Virus record (IMG/VR): IMGVR_UViG_3300031857_000122
Coordinates: 4,965-68,964 of that record
Length of the DNA: 64,000 nt
Reading direction: 5' to 3' (one strand)
Source of the DNA: a virus
The position numbers were made by a program, and so were the translations under genes. A model generated the notes under the pieces. That model had not been told where the DNA came from. It worked only from the letters and a program-made list of their open reading frames with translations, and made no database searches. Positions 39,629 to 50,301 of the stretch are shown here, piece after piece (position 1 is the stretch's first letter; each line of letters begins with the position of its first letter).

Positions 39629-39643
39629 TAGTCATTCCGTCAT

Positions 39644-39678
39644 AAAAAGGGGGCCGCTGAAAAGTTGGCCCTTTTTTT
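39644..39678 (+). terminator. intrinsic terminator after MCP
   Basis: AAAAAGGGGGCC...GGCCCTTTTTTT. Confidence 0.8.
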
Positions 39679-39712
39679 GTTTATTTGCTTTCGTAATTAA
39701 AACAATAAATAT

Positions 39713-40684
39713 ATGATAGTATCAAACAGTCGTGATAGTATTCACGAAATCAACACATGGCCTGAAGAAGTAGAAGCAAAGCTCATTGACCTTCAGCCAG
39801 GAGAAATCATTAAAGTAAGACTCAATCCGTCTAAGTGGCGCACCGTATTCGAGCAGAGGGGAACTTCACAGGACATGAACCGTCCATTGTCCTCTGGTAT
39901 GGTGAGGAAGGTGGGGGAGCATGGGATTCCTTCTCCCTGGACAATCCGTTGGAATCGTGTTCCATATCAGGTGGGATTCCTTGAGGGATACGACGTGAAT
40001 GGAAATGCCCGTTACGGCCATCCGTTATTCAACGAGATAGGGGAAATGATTTTCAATGGGGATAGAGTGGGAGACAGGGAGCGTTTCTTTGTCATTCAGC
40101 TTCACCCGCAGATGCGTATTGACCCTTTAAGTGGCTTAGAAAGAGGCACTTGGAAGTTTGAGATTGTTGATGCCGAGAAAGAAAGCACAGGAATCACTCA
40201 GAACTTTGAGGTGAAGCTGGCCCTGCTCAACAAGATTAAAGACCTTGATGAGGCAAGTCTGAACACGCTTATGAAGCCTTCTATTTATGAGAAGTCATTC
40301 TATGGAATGCCCGACCTTATGAACAAGCCAAAGGCTGCCCGTGCCGTTCTGGTTAAGAAGGTGGAATCTGGAGCCATCAAGGAGATAAACGAGAAGCTCA
40401 AGGACTTAGAAGAAGTGAACAAGATTTCCCTTGTGTACGATGGCTTAGTTGCTCGCAAACTCATCTGCACCGAAACCAAATTGATGCGTTATGATGGGTT
40501 GGAAATTTGTACATTTGCAGAAGAGATTAGTATTCCCAACATGGAAACAGCCGCCATCAACATTATGCGTTACGCCAGCCATGCCGCAGGCTTTAACGAG
40601 AAGGTGATTGAGTTTCTGCGTGAAGGATATGAGTCTGCCAAATCTACCACCCACAAGGCTCGTAGAGGAACAAAAGAAGACTAA
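39713..40684 (+). CDS. hypothetical protein downstream of MCP
   Basis: 323-aa ORF. Confidence 0.65.
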   Translation: MIVSNSRDSIHEINTWPEEVEAKLIDLQPGEIIKVRLNPSKWRTVFEQRGTSQDMNRPLSSGMVRKVGEHGIPSPWTIRWNRVPYQVGFLEGYDVNGNARYGHPLFNEIGEMIFNGDRVGDRERFFVIQLHPQMRIDPLSGLERGTWKFEIVDAEKESTGITQNFEVKLALLNKIKDLDEASLNTLMKPSIYEKSFYGMPDLMNKPKAARAVLVKKVESGAIKEINEKLKDLEEVNKISLVYDGLVARKLICTETKLMRYDGLEICTFAEEISIPNMETAAINIMRYASHAAGFNEKVIEFLREGYESAKSTTHKARRGTKED

Positions 40685-40689
40685 TTGAC

Positions 40690-40890
40690 ATGGATACGTT
40701 AGAAACTCTGTACGCCAAATATCTTGCATCCCTTGGCTTTGATATAGCCGGGGGTTGCACATCGGCATCGGAACGCACACAGATACTCCTTGCCTTCTAT
40801 CAGGAGGTGGTGTATAGGCAGAGCGCAGCGGTGAATGATGAGGTTACGGCTAATCAGCTTCTGACGTTTACATACCAGAACTATCAATAA
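40690..40890 (+). CDS. small hypothetical protein (possibly virion)
   Basis: ORF followed by a hairpin terminator at ~40913-40947. Confidence 0.55.
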   Translation: MDTLETLYAKYLASLGFDIAGGCTSASERTQILLAFYQEVVYRQSAAVNDEVTANQLLTFTYQNYQ

Positions 40891-40958
40891 GGTGTAAAGG
40901 ATATTAATAGAATAGGGGGAAGCATTTTTGTTTCCCTTTATTTTTTTATATTTCGCCC

Positions 40959-41417
40959 ATGAATGTGCTATTAGGAATGCACGTTGGGACGCAGGATAAA
41001 ATCCCAAAGACGGATGCCGAAACCGTCGCCTTTGCCAGAAGCCTGATGACATGGCAAGAGTATAATGGCCCAATGATTATAGCCGTTGATGAGCCATTTT
41101 ATTTATGGCTTGAGCAATGGGAATTGGACTTATTGTATCAGGATGTAATCCCCCTCAATATGGAATATGAAAGTGAGGAGGATGTGAGGGAACATTTTAG
41201 CAAGCACGTCCCTTATGATTTGTACTTTGTTGGGCTGGATGAAATATCTGTTATGGGAGAGCCGGGCAAAACTTATTCACTTAAAGAAAGTTTTGAGCAA
41301 AAAGATTTTGTAGATTTGCAATTAGAACTTTTACCAGATAAGGTACAAACAATATGCCTCAATATACAGCCCCCGGCATCATATTCGCAAGAGCCACCGC
41401 AGCAAACCTGGCAGTAG
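40959..41417 (+). CDS. hypothetical acidic protein, possibly a GT-like fragment
   Basis: SLMTWQEYNGPMIIAVD...LDLLYQDVI resembles the N-termini of Bacteroidota GT-like proteins (tentative). Confidence 0.45.
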   Translation: MNVLLGMHVGTQDKIPKTDAETVAFARSLMTWQEYNGPMIIAVDEPFYLWLEQWELDLLYQDVIPLNMEYESEEDVREHFSKHVPYDLYFVGLDEISVMGEPGKTYSLKESFEQKDFVDLQLELLPDKVQTICLNIQPPASYSQEPPQQTWQ

Positions 41418-42460
41418 CCGGAACCGCTAACGGAGGGGCTGAATCGGATATAACGGACAGAATCAACCCGGTATCATTGGCTTCCGGATATATTTCCACT
41501 ACGCCAAACAACATTACGGGTACAGCAGGCGCAATGTCAAGCGGAAATACGGTGCTTGCTGGCACGGGAACAGACTTCGACCCAGAAGTTTCAGAGGGAG
41601 ACCGCCTGTATTATTTAAGTGGCAGCGACTATCTGTTTATAGGGACGGTGTCGGTTGTCACAAACGATACAAGTCTTACTCTTACAGCCGCTGCCGTAAA
41701 TGTTCCCACCGTTGGTGCAACACTTGCCGTAAACACAAGCATCATTACGGGAGTGAATACGGCATTTACAACGCAGTTTGCCGCCGGGGATTACATTTTC
41801 TATTACGATGCAAGCGGAAGTCCTTCTCTGATAGGAAGGGTGGCCGTCACTCCTTCTGTTGATACCATCCTTACACTGGTGGATAATTGGACAGTGGACA
41901 TCACCAATAAGTATTGCGGAGGAGTGAATGTAATTGTAAGCGGGGCTGAGTCCTTCCTGATTCGTATTCCTGTGATTCCGCAGGGGGCGATTATAAATGG
42001 CTATCCCACTCAGGTGTTCCTGCCGAATTGGAATTCGTTTAGGCTCACTCCTGATTTGACAAGCTACAACAACGACAGCGTTTCAAGCATTTCGACATAT
42101 AGCCTTGTTGGCAACCCTTCGGTTCCGGGAAGCACTACGCAAGTGCCGTATGCAATCTCACCGACAAACATCTTTAACACAACAGCGGCTCCTACGCCAA
42201 CAAATCCTCAGAACAGGATATTGTGGCCTCCGCTGTCTGCTTCCAACAATGCGGCCTTCCCGAACTTTGTGTTTGCTGTCTTCAATCCTTACGGCGATAA
42301 CCAGGGAGATAATATGGCTCAGAACACAATGTTTAAGTTTCTCTGTGCAGAGACGTTAAACGGGTTTCTTGCCGGTCCTAACACCACCGCTGACACAATG
42401 ATAGCGAATGGGTATAGAAGAAGGCAAGTGGGACTTTCCGTCACCGAAGAACAAGCATAA
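41354..42460 (+). CDS. virion structural protein with two copies of a GTGTxF beta domain
   Basis: LAGTGTDF...GDRLYY...IGTV..VTNDTSLTL, repeated. Confidence 0.65.
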   Translation: MPQYTAPGIIFARATAANLAVAGTANGGAESDITDRINPVSLASGYISTTPNNITGTAGAMSSGNTVLAGTGTDFDPEVSEGDRLYYLSGSDYLFIGTVSVVTNDTSLTLTAAAVNVPTVGATLAVNTSIITGVNTAFTTQFAAGDYIFYYDASGSPSLIGRVAVTPSVDTILTLVDNWTVDITNKYCGGVNVIVSGAESFLIRIPVIPQGAIINGYPTQVFLPNWNSFRLTPDLTSYNNDSVSSISTYSLVGNPSVPGSTTQVPYAISPTNIFNTTAAPTPTNPQNRILWPPLSASNNAAFPNFVFAVFNPYGDNQGDNMAQNTMFKFLCAETLNGFLAGPNTTADTMIANGYRRRQVGLSVTEEQA

Positions 42461-42479
42461 CAACAACAACTAAAAGAAA

Positions 42480-43298
42480 ATGTCATACATAGCTTCTCCA
42501 ATAAATTATTATCGTGTCAATGCGAACAACACTTCCATTGCCACAAGCTCAAGCGGGGCATCTGCTGCTCCCACAGAGGAGATTACTGCTCCCGTTAGTG
42601 CCACAGGCACTGTGTTGAGTGTAGTGGGTACAGCCGTGACAGGGTCTGGAACAAACTTTACATCCGCTTTTGACCAAGGGCAATACCTCTACTACATTGA
42701 TGGAAGTGGAAACTATAATCTGATTGGTCAGATAGGAGTGATTGTTTCCAATACAAGCATCACCCTCACTGCCGCCGCTGTGAACACCCCTACATCAGGT
42801 CTTGTTCTTGCCGCTGCTTATTCGTTGATTACAAGCAACGAGAGCATTTATATTCGCATCCCAACGGCTGTCGGTGTGACAAACACAATGGACATTCCTA
42901 ATTTCAGCTCCTGGAGAGTGGGGGGTGGGCTGAACGATACAACCATTTCTCAGCTTCAGCAGATGTCCACTGCCGGAACGCCATTGAGCAATCAAACTCC
43001 TCCTACAAATATTCCGTTCACTTTTGTAACGATGAATATATTCCCTGCTTCGGGGCAAGTAAATGGTGTCACTACATACTGGAGGACAAGCACAGACTTC
43101 CCAACATTCATTTGGATAAAGGTTACTCCTCAGATTGGCTCAAGTACAAATCTTGCAAGCCAAACTCTGTTTCGTTTCACAACGAATGAGAACCAGCCAA
43201 GCATCGTTATAAGCCCAAGCACTGTTCAGACATTCTTGAGTGCAGCCGGGTATGCATTTGCATCTACAGGAGGCAACAATACTCCAAATATTAATTAA
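42480..43298 (+). CDS. virion structural protein, paralog of 41354..42460
   Basis: The same domain plus a shared ESxxIRIP...PN..S.R C-terminal part. Confidence 0.65.
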   Translation: MSYIASPINYYRVNANNTSIATSSSGASAAPTEEITAPVSATGTVLSVVGTAVTGSGTNFTSAFDQGQYLYYIDGSGNYNLIGQIGVIVSNTSITLTAAAVNTPTSGLVLAAAYSLITSNESIYIRIPTAVGVTNTMDIPNFSSWRVGGGLNDTTISQLQQMSTAGTPLSNQTPPTNIPFTFVTMNIFPASGQVNGVTTYWRTSTDFPTFIWIKVTPQIGSSTNLASQTLFRFTTNENQPSIVISPSTVQTFLSAAGYAFASTGGNNTPNIN

Positions 43299-45487
43299 TG
43301 TCGGCGCAAATAGTTTTCACCACTTCTGGATACTCTAATAGGGTATTCAGTACCATTTCGGAAAATGGCTATGTCATTACATCGAAAATTGCTTCCACCC
43401 TGTTTACAACTACATCAGGGGCGGCATACGCAAAAACAAGTGGCGATTCTGTTGCGCTATTCTCTACGATTAGTGGGGCGGCATTTCTTTCAACAAGCCC
43501 CATAGCAACGACATTCTTTGTCACTCCCGACCCCAACACTCCAAGAGAACTTGTTCTTAAAATAGGAGACCTGGAGATACAGGGAGACTACACTTATATA
43601 GATGTCCCCGATGCTACGGGAGATTATGTTGCTGTTGTTAATCCGGGAGGCTACAATGTCCTTCCCACTCCTTACAATCCATACAGACCTTATAGAGATA
43701 ATCTGTCTTTATGGACCGTGTACAGGATATGGAATGTGTATGGACAGGATACGCAAAGCCCGGATGCACAGAATGAGGCTCACGATGTTCCTTATGTCTA
43801 TCCTCTTATGTTCCCCACTACCACAAATGCGAATGGGGACACGGAGATAATAAGGGGCATATACGAAATCATTCTGATTGGTGCGCCCTATTTCAACGAG
43901 AGTGACTCAGGAGGTACTTACTTTGATGATACGGTGGAAACGTATTATCTGGTTGATGGAACTGAAACTACTTTCAATTCCCTCTCCACGGGAGACTACC
44001 TATACTATGTAAGCAACTCAAACGGGGAGTTGTTTGAGATGAATCAGGTGGACCACGTTTTCAATGGTACAAACCTAAATCTTCAAGCCGCTCCTACGAA
44101 TACTCCATTTGTAGGGGAGAGGCTGTACGGAAGTGCCACCACGATAAGTGGAATGGTTAATTCTGATGGGGAGGTGTTCTTTGAGAATGGTTATGTGAGT
44201 GCGCCTTATTACACCGTTACAGGCATCGCAACAGACTTCACCTCCGGGTTTAACTACACAAACTATTTCTACTACATTGACCCATTCACAGGGGACTATG
44301 TAGAACTTGGTAGGGTGTTGGAGGCTACCAGTGCCACCACCATTAACATATATGACAGAACCGAAAACACTCCCACACTTGGAGGAGAGATACTATGCGG
44401 GTCTGGACAAAACCTGAATGAAATTCTTGTCAATTCCAATGGCACTCTTGATACTATTCTGGGGCTAACCATTACGGGAACAGGCACAGCGTTTAACACA
44501 TTTGAAACAGGGCAAACCCTTTTCTTCCAGCTTGTAGACGGAACTCTTTTTGAAGTTGGTGTCATTGATTCTATAATCAGCGATACAGAACTTACAGTGG
44601 CCTCCGTTGCCTACACACCAGCATCAGGAGACAGATTGTTTGCTTCTTCGGAAACACTTATTGTTGTTTCTCCTTCTGCCGGATTATATGATAGCATTAG
44701 TGCCGAGCAGACATTCTACACGCTGAAGGGTTCTTCCACTCAGTTCCAAACAAACTTTGTTGTAGGTGATTACATCTACATTGTGTCTCCCACCGGAGTG
44801 TACAATGAACTGGGTCAGGTGAGTTTGATTCTCTCTGAAACAGAGATGGTGTTCTATTCTCCTAATAGCATTGAGGTGAATGCCAATGATTTTATATGGG
44901 GGAATGCTTCTGCTATTTCTCTTATAAACCTAACGGGGACATTTGCTGAATACGCATCAGGAACTTATTATAATGTAGAGGGAACGGGAACAACATTCCT
45001 GTCCGCTTTTGAGCCTGAGCAATACTTGTTCTATCTGGACAACGTTACAGGCAACTACATTCAGATGGGTAAAATCTGGAAGATATACGATGACACGAAT
45101 GTGTGGTGCTACGAGGCTCCAACAGGAAGTGCTGACATCAATGATGAACTATACTCTTCCTATAGCCTAAACACGGAGACGGCGGAATATAGTCAGTATG
45201 CCGGCTTGAACAATCTCTACGAGATAGCAAGTCAGTATGCTGGGTGGTATGTGACATCTGTGGGCATTCTCATAGATGACTTACTTGTGAATTGCATTAC
45301 AAGAATGCGCTATGAGTTTTTGCAACAAGTGATGTGCGGAAAGTGTCCTGACACCTACCTTGAAGCATACGCTATTTATGTTGGTATGCTCAATGCTATG
45401 GACATTCAGGAATGGGCAACAGCGGTGGTATTTTACAACAAACTAAAAGAAATATGCGCTGCTACCGAAAGCAGTTGCGGATGTTAA
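43298..45487 (+). CDS. virion structural (tail/collar) protein with five domain repeats
   Basis: Five GxxTxF...YY...G.V repeats; C-terminal CGKC and CGC. Confidence 0.65.
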   Translation: MSAQIVFTTSGYSNRVFSTISENGYVITSKIASTLFTTTSGAAYAKTSGDSVALFSTISGAAFLSTSPIATTFFVTPDPNTPRELVLKIGDLEIQGDYTYIDVPDATGDYVAVVNPGGYNVLPTPYNPYRPYRDNLSLWTVYRIWNVYGQDTQSPDAQNEAHDVPYVYPLMFPTTTNANGDTEIIRGIYEIILIGAPYFNESDSGGTYFDDTVETYYLVDGTETTFNSLSTGDYLYYVSNSNGELFEMNQVDHVFNGTNLNLQAAPTNTPFVGERLYGSATTISGMVNSDGEVFFENGYVSAPYYTVTGIATDFTSGFNYTNYFYYIDPFTGDYVELGRVLEATSATTINIYDRTENTPTLGGEILCGSGQNLNEILVNSNGTLDTILGLTITGTGTAFNTFETGQTLFFQLVDGTLFEVGVIDSIISDTELTVASVAYTPASGDRLFASSETLIVVSPSAGLYDSISAEQTFYTLKGSSTQFQTNFVVGDYIYIVSPTGVYNELGQVSLILSETEMVFYSPNSIEVNANDFIWGNASAISLINLTGTFAEYASGTYYNVEGTGTTFLSAFEPEQYLFYLDNVTGNYIQMGKIWKIYDDTNVWCYEAPTGSADINDELYSSYSLNTETAEYSQYAGLNNLYEIASQYAGWYVTSVGILIDDLLVNCITRMRYEFLQQVMCGKCPDTYLEAYAIYVGMLNAMDIQEWATAVVFYNKLKEICAATESSCGC

Positions 45488-45488
45488 G

Positions 45489-48400
45489 ATGGCAACATTT
45501 CTTGATGACATTTCAATTTACAATGCTAAGGCAGCCTCAGCAATAGCTCTGGCTGTAAGCGAAGGTGATACCCCGAAAGCAAACCTGATGTCTTCGCTGA
45601 AGACTACGGCTAATGACCTTACGCTTTCGGAGGCCATCAGATTGAATGCCCTTACGGCTCTCATCAATGTAGGCAATCTTCTTGACATTCCTCTTCCCCC
45701 ATACTTCCCGGTAGCTGTTACATACGCAGACTCCGTCACTTATGTAGGGCTTCACGATAACCTATCAGGACTGCAAGGAGGCGCACCAGGAGAATACTAT
45801 CACCTGACAACAGCGGAAAGGTCTGAAATCCTTGGAAAGGTTAGTCCTTCCGACTTGCAGTTTGCCAACCTTGTTGATAGTCCCTATGACAATGCCCTTC
45901 TGAGTTCTGCCCTTACAGGCAAGCAGAATGCGCTGAGTGGAACGGGGTTTGTGACAATAAGCGGCACAACTATTTCCTATGACAATTCCACCTACCTCAC
46001 CGCTGTGAGCGGACCAGCAGGGGGTGACTTGTCGGGAACATATCCGAATCCAGCCATTGCCTCTTCGGTGGTGATGAGTAAGCTGATGTTCGGATGGAAT
46101 CCTTCCTATCCCATTGGAACGGGAGCCATTTCATCTTCGGACTCGCTTCTCACAGCTATTCAAAAGCTGAATGCCTCCGTAAACAACATTGTAACAAATC
46201 CTTCCGGGGTGTCAAGTGTGTCTTTGAGTATGACACCTAACACCATATTTCAGAGCAGTACGCTTCCGGCATCAGGGGTTGTTACGCTTTCTGCTACGCT
46301 ATTGTCGCAGACGGCAAACACATTCCTTGCTGCTCCGAATGGAACAAATGGAGTGCCGTCCTTCCGTGCTATAGCCGTTAATGACATTCCTGCTTTGAGT
46401 CCTGACCCATCAGGCACATACGGAGGTGGCTCTCCCTTGGAGATTCCCGTAATTACGGTGGATGCTCAGGGTCGTGTCACTGCCGTCTCCCTAACAGCGG
46501 CTACGGGGAGTGGCACTGTCACCTCCGTGAATGTAGACCCTCCGTCTTATTTCACCGTGGGCAGTCCTGTGACAACGGCAGGAGACATCCTGATGTCATG
46601 GGACAACACCATCACCCCGAATACGGTGCTTGCCGGTCCTTCCACAGGGTCAAGCGCAGCGGCTCCTACATTCAGGTCTCTTGTGGAGGATGACATTCCT
46701 TCTCTTGACCCATCAAAGATAACGGGGCTGAGTGCCTTGTTAAGCACATTCCTTACGGGAGACCTCTCTGACGGAAAGATATGGATAGGCAACACATCCA
46801 ATGCCGCCACACCAAGGACACTCACAGGAGATGTTACGGTGGACAATACGGGAGTGACAGCCATTGGACTTGCAAAGGTTCAATACGATATGATTCAGGA
46901 TGTCACAGCCCAGACACTTTTGGGTCGTTACGAACTCACCAATGGTGTTGTTCAGCAAGTGACATTGTCGGGAGATTTTGTTCTTGATGATACTACAGGG
47001 GTGCTTTCCTTGTCTTCTCCTGTTGCCCCTGTTGTAACAACGAAAGGAGACTTGCTTTCCTTCACCACTACGCAGGACAGGCTTCCGTCAAGCAATGTAG
47101 ACGGGGACATTTTGATGGTGTACAACACGGCTTCCAATGGATTTGGGTTGCAATGGAACACTATAATAGGAGATGTTTCCGTAATTGATGCAAGCACGGG
47201 AGAAATAAGAATTAACTCAGGAGCCGTTACGCTTGCTAAGATGGCGAATCTTGCTGCCAATTCCTTCATAGGGAACAACACGGGAAGTTCTGCTACACCG
47301 ATTGCCTTAACAGTGACACAGGCAACGGCAATGCTTAATGTGTTCTCCACAACGGGAACAGACAAGGGACTTGTCCCAGGAAGCAATAGCGTAGGGGCAA
47401 CATATTATCTTGATGCAACAGGCAACTGGTCTGTTCCTGCTGGAGGAGGGGGAAGTGGAACGGTAACATCCGTCTCCGTTGTTTCAGCCAATGGCTTTGC
47501 TGGAACGGTAGCAAATGCAAGCACCACTCCGGCCATCACCCTCACCACCACTATTACAGGAATCCTTAAAGGTAATGGCACAGCCATATCGGCTGCAACA
47601 GCAGGAACAGACTATGTAGCTCCCGGAGGAATAACATCTTCTGGACTAACGATGTCTACAAGCCGCCTTCTTGGTCGCACTACGGCATCAACAGGAGCAA
47701 TAGAAGAGGTGTCTGTAGGGGCAAGTCTTTCTTTTAGCTCCACTACGCTCTCGTTGAATACGGGCAACGCAAACACCTGGACGGCCCTTCAAACCTTTCA
47801 AGGCAATATTTACCTTGGAGAGACGGGAGGCTCTGCTGGAAGCGCAAGATTCTTAGGAAGCACTTCGGGGTATGTAATTCTACAAGCCCCGGCTGCTCCA
47901 GTCAATCAAACATACACGCTTCCAACGGCGTACCCCGTTGCCTCTTCCGGCTACTATCTTTCCTCTACAGACACCGGAACACTTTCATGGGTGGCTGTAA
48001 CTGGAGGCACTACCAATCCGGGAGGGTCTGACACGCAGATTCAATATAACAATGGCGGCACTGCTTTTGGCGGCGTAAGTGATTTAACCTGGGACGATGT
48101 AAACAGTGTGCTAACTATGAACTCGCCAAGGATAGGGCAGAGTACCGGCAATGGGCATTTCCACATGCACACCATTAACACTTCTGCTCCCTCTGGAGTG
48201 ACGGACTACATCACTGTCTATGCCGACAAGTCGCCTAAGCAATTAGGGCTGAGGTTTGAAACAGATGCGTACACAAGTGCGCTTCAATTTGGTGCTACGG
48301 TTGATAGAACTTATACGCTTCCTGATGCTACAGGAATAGTGGTGCTTGACACTTTCGCTCAGACACTCACAAACAAAACTCTTACTACCCCCTCCATCAC

Positions 48401-49109
48401 TACGCCAGCCATCACGGGTATAGCCACCTTTGATAATGGGGCAAGTGCTGGGGAGATAAGGCTTGTAGAGCCATCCGGAAGCGGAACAAATTACATTGCC
48501 CTGAAGGCTCAAGCTATGGCTTCGGATGTGGCACTAACACTTCCTAATTCTGCCGGGGCAAGCGGACAGATTCTTCGCACTGATGGAAGCGGAAACCTTT
48601 CTTGGGTGAATAACAATGGTGGCACACTTCTAAACAGATACATCAGCTCCACTGCCGCCACAACATATCCTGCTGGTACGGCTCTTGGCGTTTTTGTTTC
48701 GCTTTACATTCCTGCAAACACTTTTGCAAGCGGCTCTGTGTTTCAAATAAGAACAAGGCTTTCACACACAGGCACGGGAACAACATCCACTCTTAGGATG
48801 GGATTCAATACCACAAACGCGAACTTAATTGGAATCCAGTATTTTGTAGCATCAACAACATTAGGGTCTGGTGTTCAGCCCGGACTAAATGAGCGCACAA
48901 TTTCGATTGAGGGAACAACAACATCGTATCATTTAAGTTCAGATTCAGGATGGGGTGGCTTAACAAATACTGAGATTACATTTCAAAAGGCGGTAAGCAG
49001 TACCACAACTATAGATTGGACGGTAGACCAATATTTCATTATTGCTGCATCCACTGCTGCCGGAGATACACTTGTAAATAATTTCACCACCATTATTCCT
49101 CAAAACTAA
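45489..49109 (+). CDS. tail fibre protein
   Basis: 1206 aa, G/S/T-rich; GTVTSV, LTNKTLT and GQILRTDGSGNLSW fibre motifs. Confidence 0.8.
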   Translation: MATFLDDISIYNAKAASAIALAVSEGDTPKANLMSSLKTTANDLTLSEAIRLNALTALINVGNLLDIPLPPYFPVAVTYADSVTYVGLHDNLSGLQGGAPGEYYHLTTAERSEILGKVSPSDLQFANLVDSPYDNALLSSALTGKQNALSGTGFVTISGTTISYDNSTYLTAVSGPAGGDLSGTYPNPAIASSVVMSKLMFGWNPSYPIGTGAISSSDSLLTAIQKLNASVNNIVTNPSGVSSVSLSMTPNTIFQSSTLPASGVVTLSATLLSQTANTFLAAPNGTNGVPSFRAIAVNDIPALSPDPSGTYGGGSPLEIPVITVDAQGRVTAVSLTAATGSGTVTSVNVDPPSYFTVGSPVTTAGDILMSWDNTITPNTVLAGPSTGSSAAAPTFRSLVEDDIPSLDPSKITGLSALLSTFLTGDLSDGKIWIGNTSNAATPRTLTGDVTVDNTGVTAIGLAKVQYDMIQDVTAQTLLGRYELTNGVVQQVTLSGDFVLDDTTGVLSLSSPVAPVVTTKGDLLSFTTTQDRLPSSNVDGDILMVYNTASNGFGLQWNTIIGDVSVIDASTGEIRINSGAVTLAKMANLAANSFIGNNTGSSATPIALTVTQATAMLNVFSTTGTDKGLVPGSNSVGATYYLDATGNWSVPAGGGGSGTVTSVSVVSANGFAGTVANASTTPAITLTTTITGILKGNGTAISAATAGTDYVAPGGITSSGLTMSTSRLLGRTTASTGAIEEVSVGASLSFSSTTLSLNTGNANTWTALQTFQGNIYLGETGGSAGSARFLGSTSGYVILQAPAAPVNQTYTLPTAYPVASSGYYLSSTDTGTLSWVAVTGGTTNPGGSDTQIQYNNGGTAFGGVSDLTWDDVNSVLTMNSPRIGQSTGNGHFHMHTINTSAPSGVTDYITVYADKSPKQLGLRFETDAYTSALQFGATVDRTYTLPDATGIVVLDTFAQTLTNKTLTTPSITTPAITGIATFDNGASAGEIRLVEPSGSGTNYIALKAQAMASDVALTLPNSAGASGQILRTDGSGNLSWVNNNGGTLLNRYISSTAATTYPAGTALGVFVSLYIPANTFASGSVFQIRTRLSHTGTGTTSTLRMGFNTTNANLIGIQYFVASTTLGSGVQPGLNERTISIEGTTTSYHLSSDSGWGGLTNTEITFQKAVSSTTTIDWTVDQYFIIAASTAAGDTLVNNFTTIIPQN

Positions 49110-49110
49110 A

Positions 49111-49326
49111 ATGGAGGTCATATTCATAAATAATGCATTTCAACTTCAGGGTAAGCAATTTGAATTAATCTCATTTGGCCAAGTGTCAGACATCTATGTT
49201 GATGTCTATTCTAAGGCAGATGGATGGGATGAATGGAACACCACATTTGGAGCCAACGAAACCACAATCAACGGTGTGCTTCAGACATCCGTGGATATGA
49301 TAATGCAAACACTAAGCGGTCAATAA
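49111..49326 (+). CDS. small hypothetical protein (fibre-associated?)
   Basis: Directly follows the fibre gene. Confidence 0.55.
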   Translation: MEVIFINNAFQLQGKQFELISFGQVSDIYVDVYSKADGWDEWNTTFGANETTINGVLQTSVDMIMQTLSGQ

Positions 49327-49329
49327 GAT

Positions 49330-49563
49330 ATGAAAGGGGATAAGAAGTACACAGCTACAATAGGGGGCAAGACCCGGAGCTTCGGAGCCAAGGGATATTC
49401 CATCTCTCCGGGAACACCAAAGGGGGACAATTATTGTGCGAGGTCTTCAGGGATTAAAACCTGTAAGAATCCGCCCTGTGCAAACGCTCTCTCACGGAAA
49501 GCCTGGGGCTGTGTTGGCAAGAAATCTGTGGCTTCCAAAGCTGTTAAGTTTCAGCGGAAATAA
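49330..49563 (+). CDS. small basic Cys-containing protein
   Basis: SFGAKG...YCARS...SRKAWGC, a pattern I recognise from aquatic phages. Confidence 0.65.
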   Translation: MKGDKKYTATIGGKTRSFGAKGYSISPGTPKGDNYCARSSGIKTCKNPPCANALSRKAWGCVGKKSVASKAVKFQRK

Positions 49564-49607
49564 AACTATTTCTATCTTTGCACATATAATATATAAAACA
49601 ATACTAT

Positions 49608-50039
49608 ATGGCAAATTACAAGTCTCTTCTGGTGCTACGTTCATTCAACGAGCAGATACAGAAAATGGAAGGAGCAGAGAACATCTTTCCCCTTATAAAC
49701 CTCAAAAAGGTAGTGAAGAAGTTTGGCGACTGGTACGAGCAGTTGGAGGAATCTATAGAAGACCTTCGGCTTGACCATTGCTACAAGGAAGGGTCCAAGA
49801 TTGTCCGGGATGACAAGGGGAACTACCAATGGACAGCAGAAGGAGAGAAAGCCTTCCGCAAAGCCTACAAAGAACTTCTCAATAAAGAAATCGAATTGCC
49901 TTCCGACTTCAAGCCTCTCAACTATTACGAACTTGCGATGTCTCTTCCTCCAGAGTTTATGACTCAGAATCCGTGGGAAGTAATGTCAGAGGCTCTTTCC
50001 CCGTATTACGAATACAAAACAGATTTCTCTTTCTCATAA
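49608..50039 (+). CDS. hypothetical helical protein
   Basis: Promoter TATCTTTG upstream; 143-aa ORF. Confidence 0.6.
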   Translation: MANYKSLLVLRSFNEQIQKMEGAENIFPLINLKKVVKKFGDWYEQLEESIEDLRLDHCYKEGSKIVRDDKGNYQWTAEGEKAFRKAYKELLNKEIELPSDFKPLNYYELAMSLPPEFMTQNPWEVMSEALSPYYEYKTDFSFS

Positions 50040-50040
50040 A

Positions 50041-50301
50041 ATGAAAACAACAATTCAGGACATCATAGAAATAAAAGCCACGATAGTTGAAGTGGCAAAG
50101 GACTCTCCGCTTCTCGCTTATATGGCTTTCTATGAACCGCTTCACGGCTGGCTAAGTGGAATGGCTGAGGGATGGAATCCTTTCGCTAAGTTCACCCTGA
50201 ATGTTGTAATGGTGATATACGGAATCCTTCGCATTGCTGCTATTGTAAAAGGCTGGACTAAGCCGGAGAAAGAAGCAGAGGATGACGAGCCTTCCGTTTG
50301 A
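50041..50301 (+). CDS. small membrane protein (holin candidate)
   Basis: C-terminal transmembrane helix; lies in the lysis region. Confidence 0.45.
   Translation: MKTTIQDIIEIKATIVEVAKDSPLLAYMAFYEPLHGWLSGMAEGWNPFAKFTLNVVMVIYGILRIAAIVKGWTKPEKEAEDDEPSV

Noticed and set aside
45489-49109. Diversity-generating retroelement target in the fibre gene
   Set aside because: No reverse transcriptase and no template/variable repeat pair were seen.
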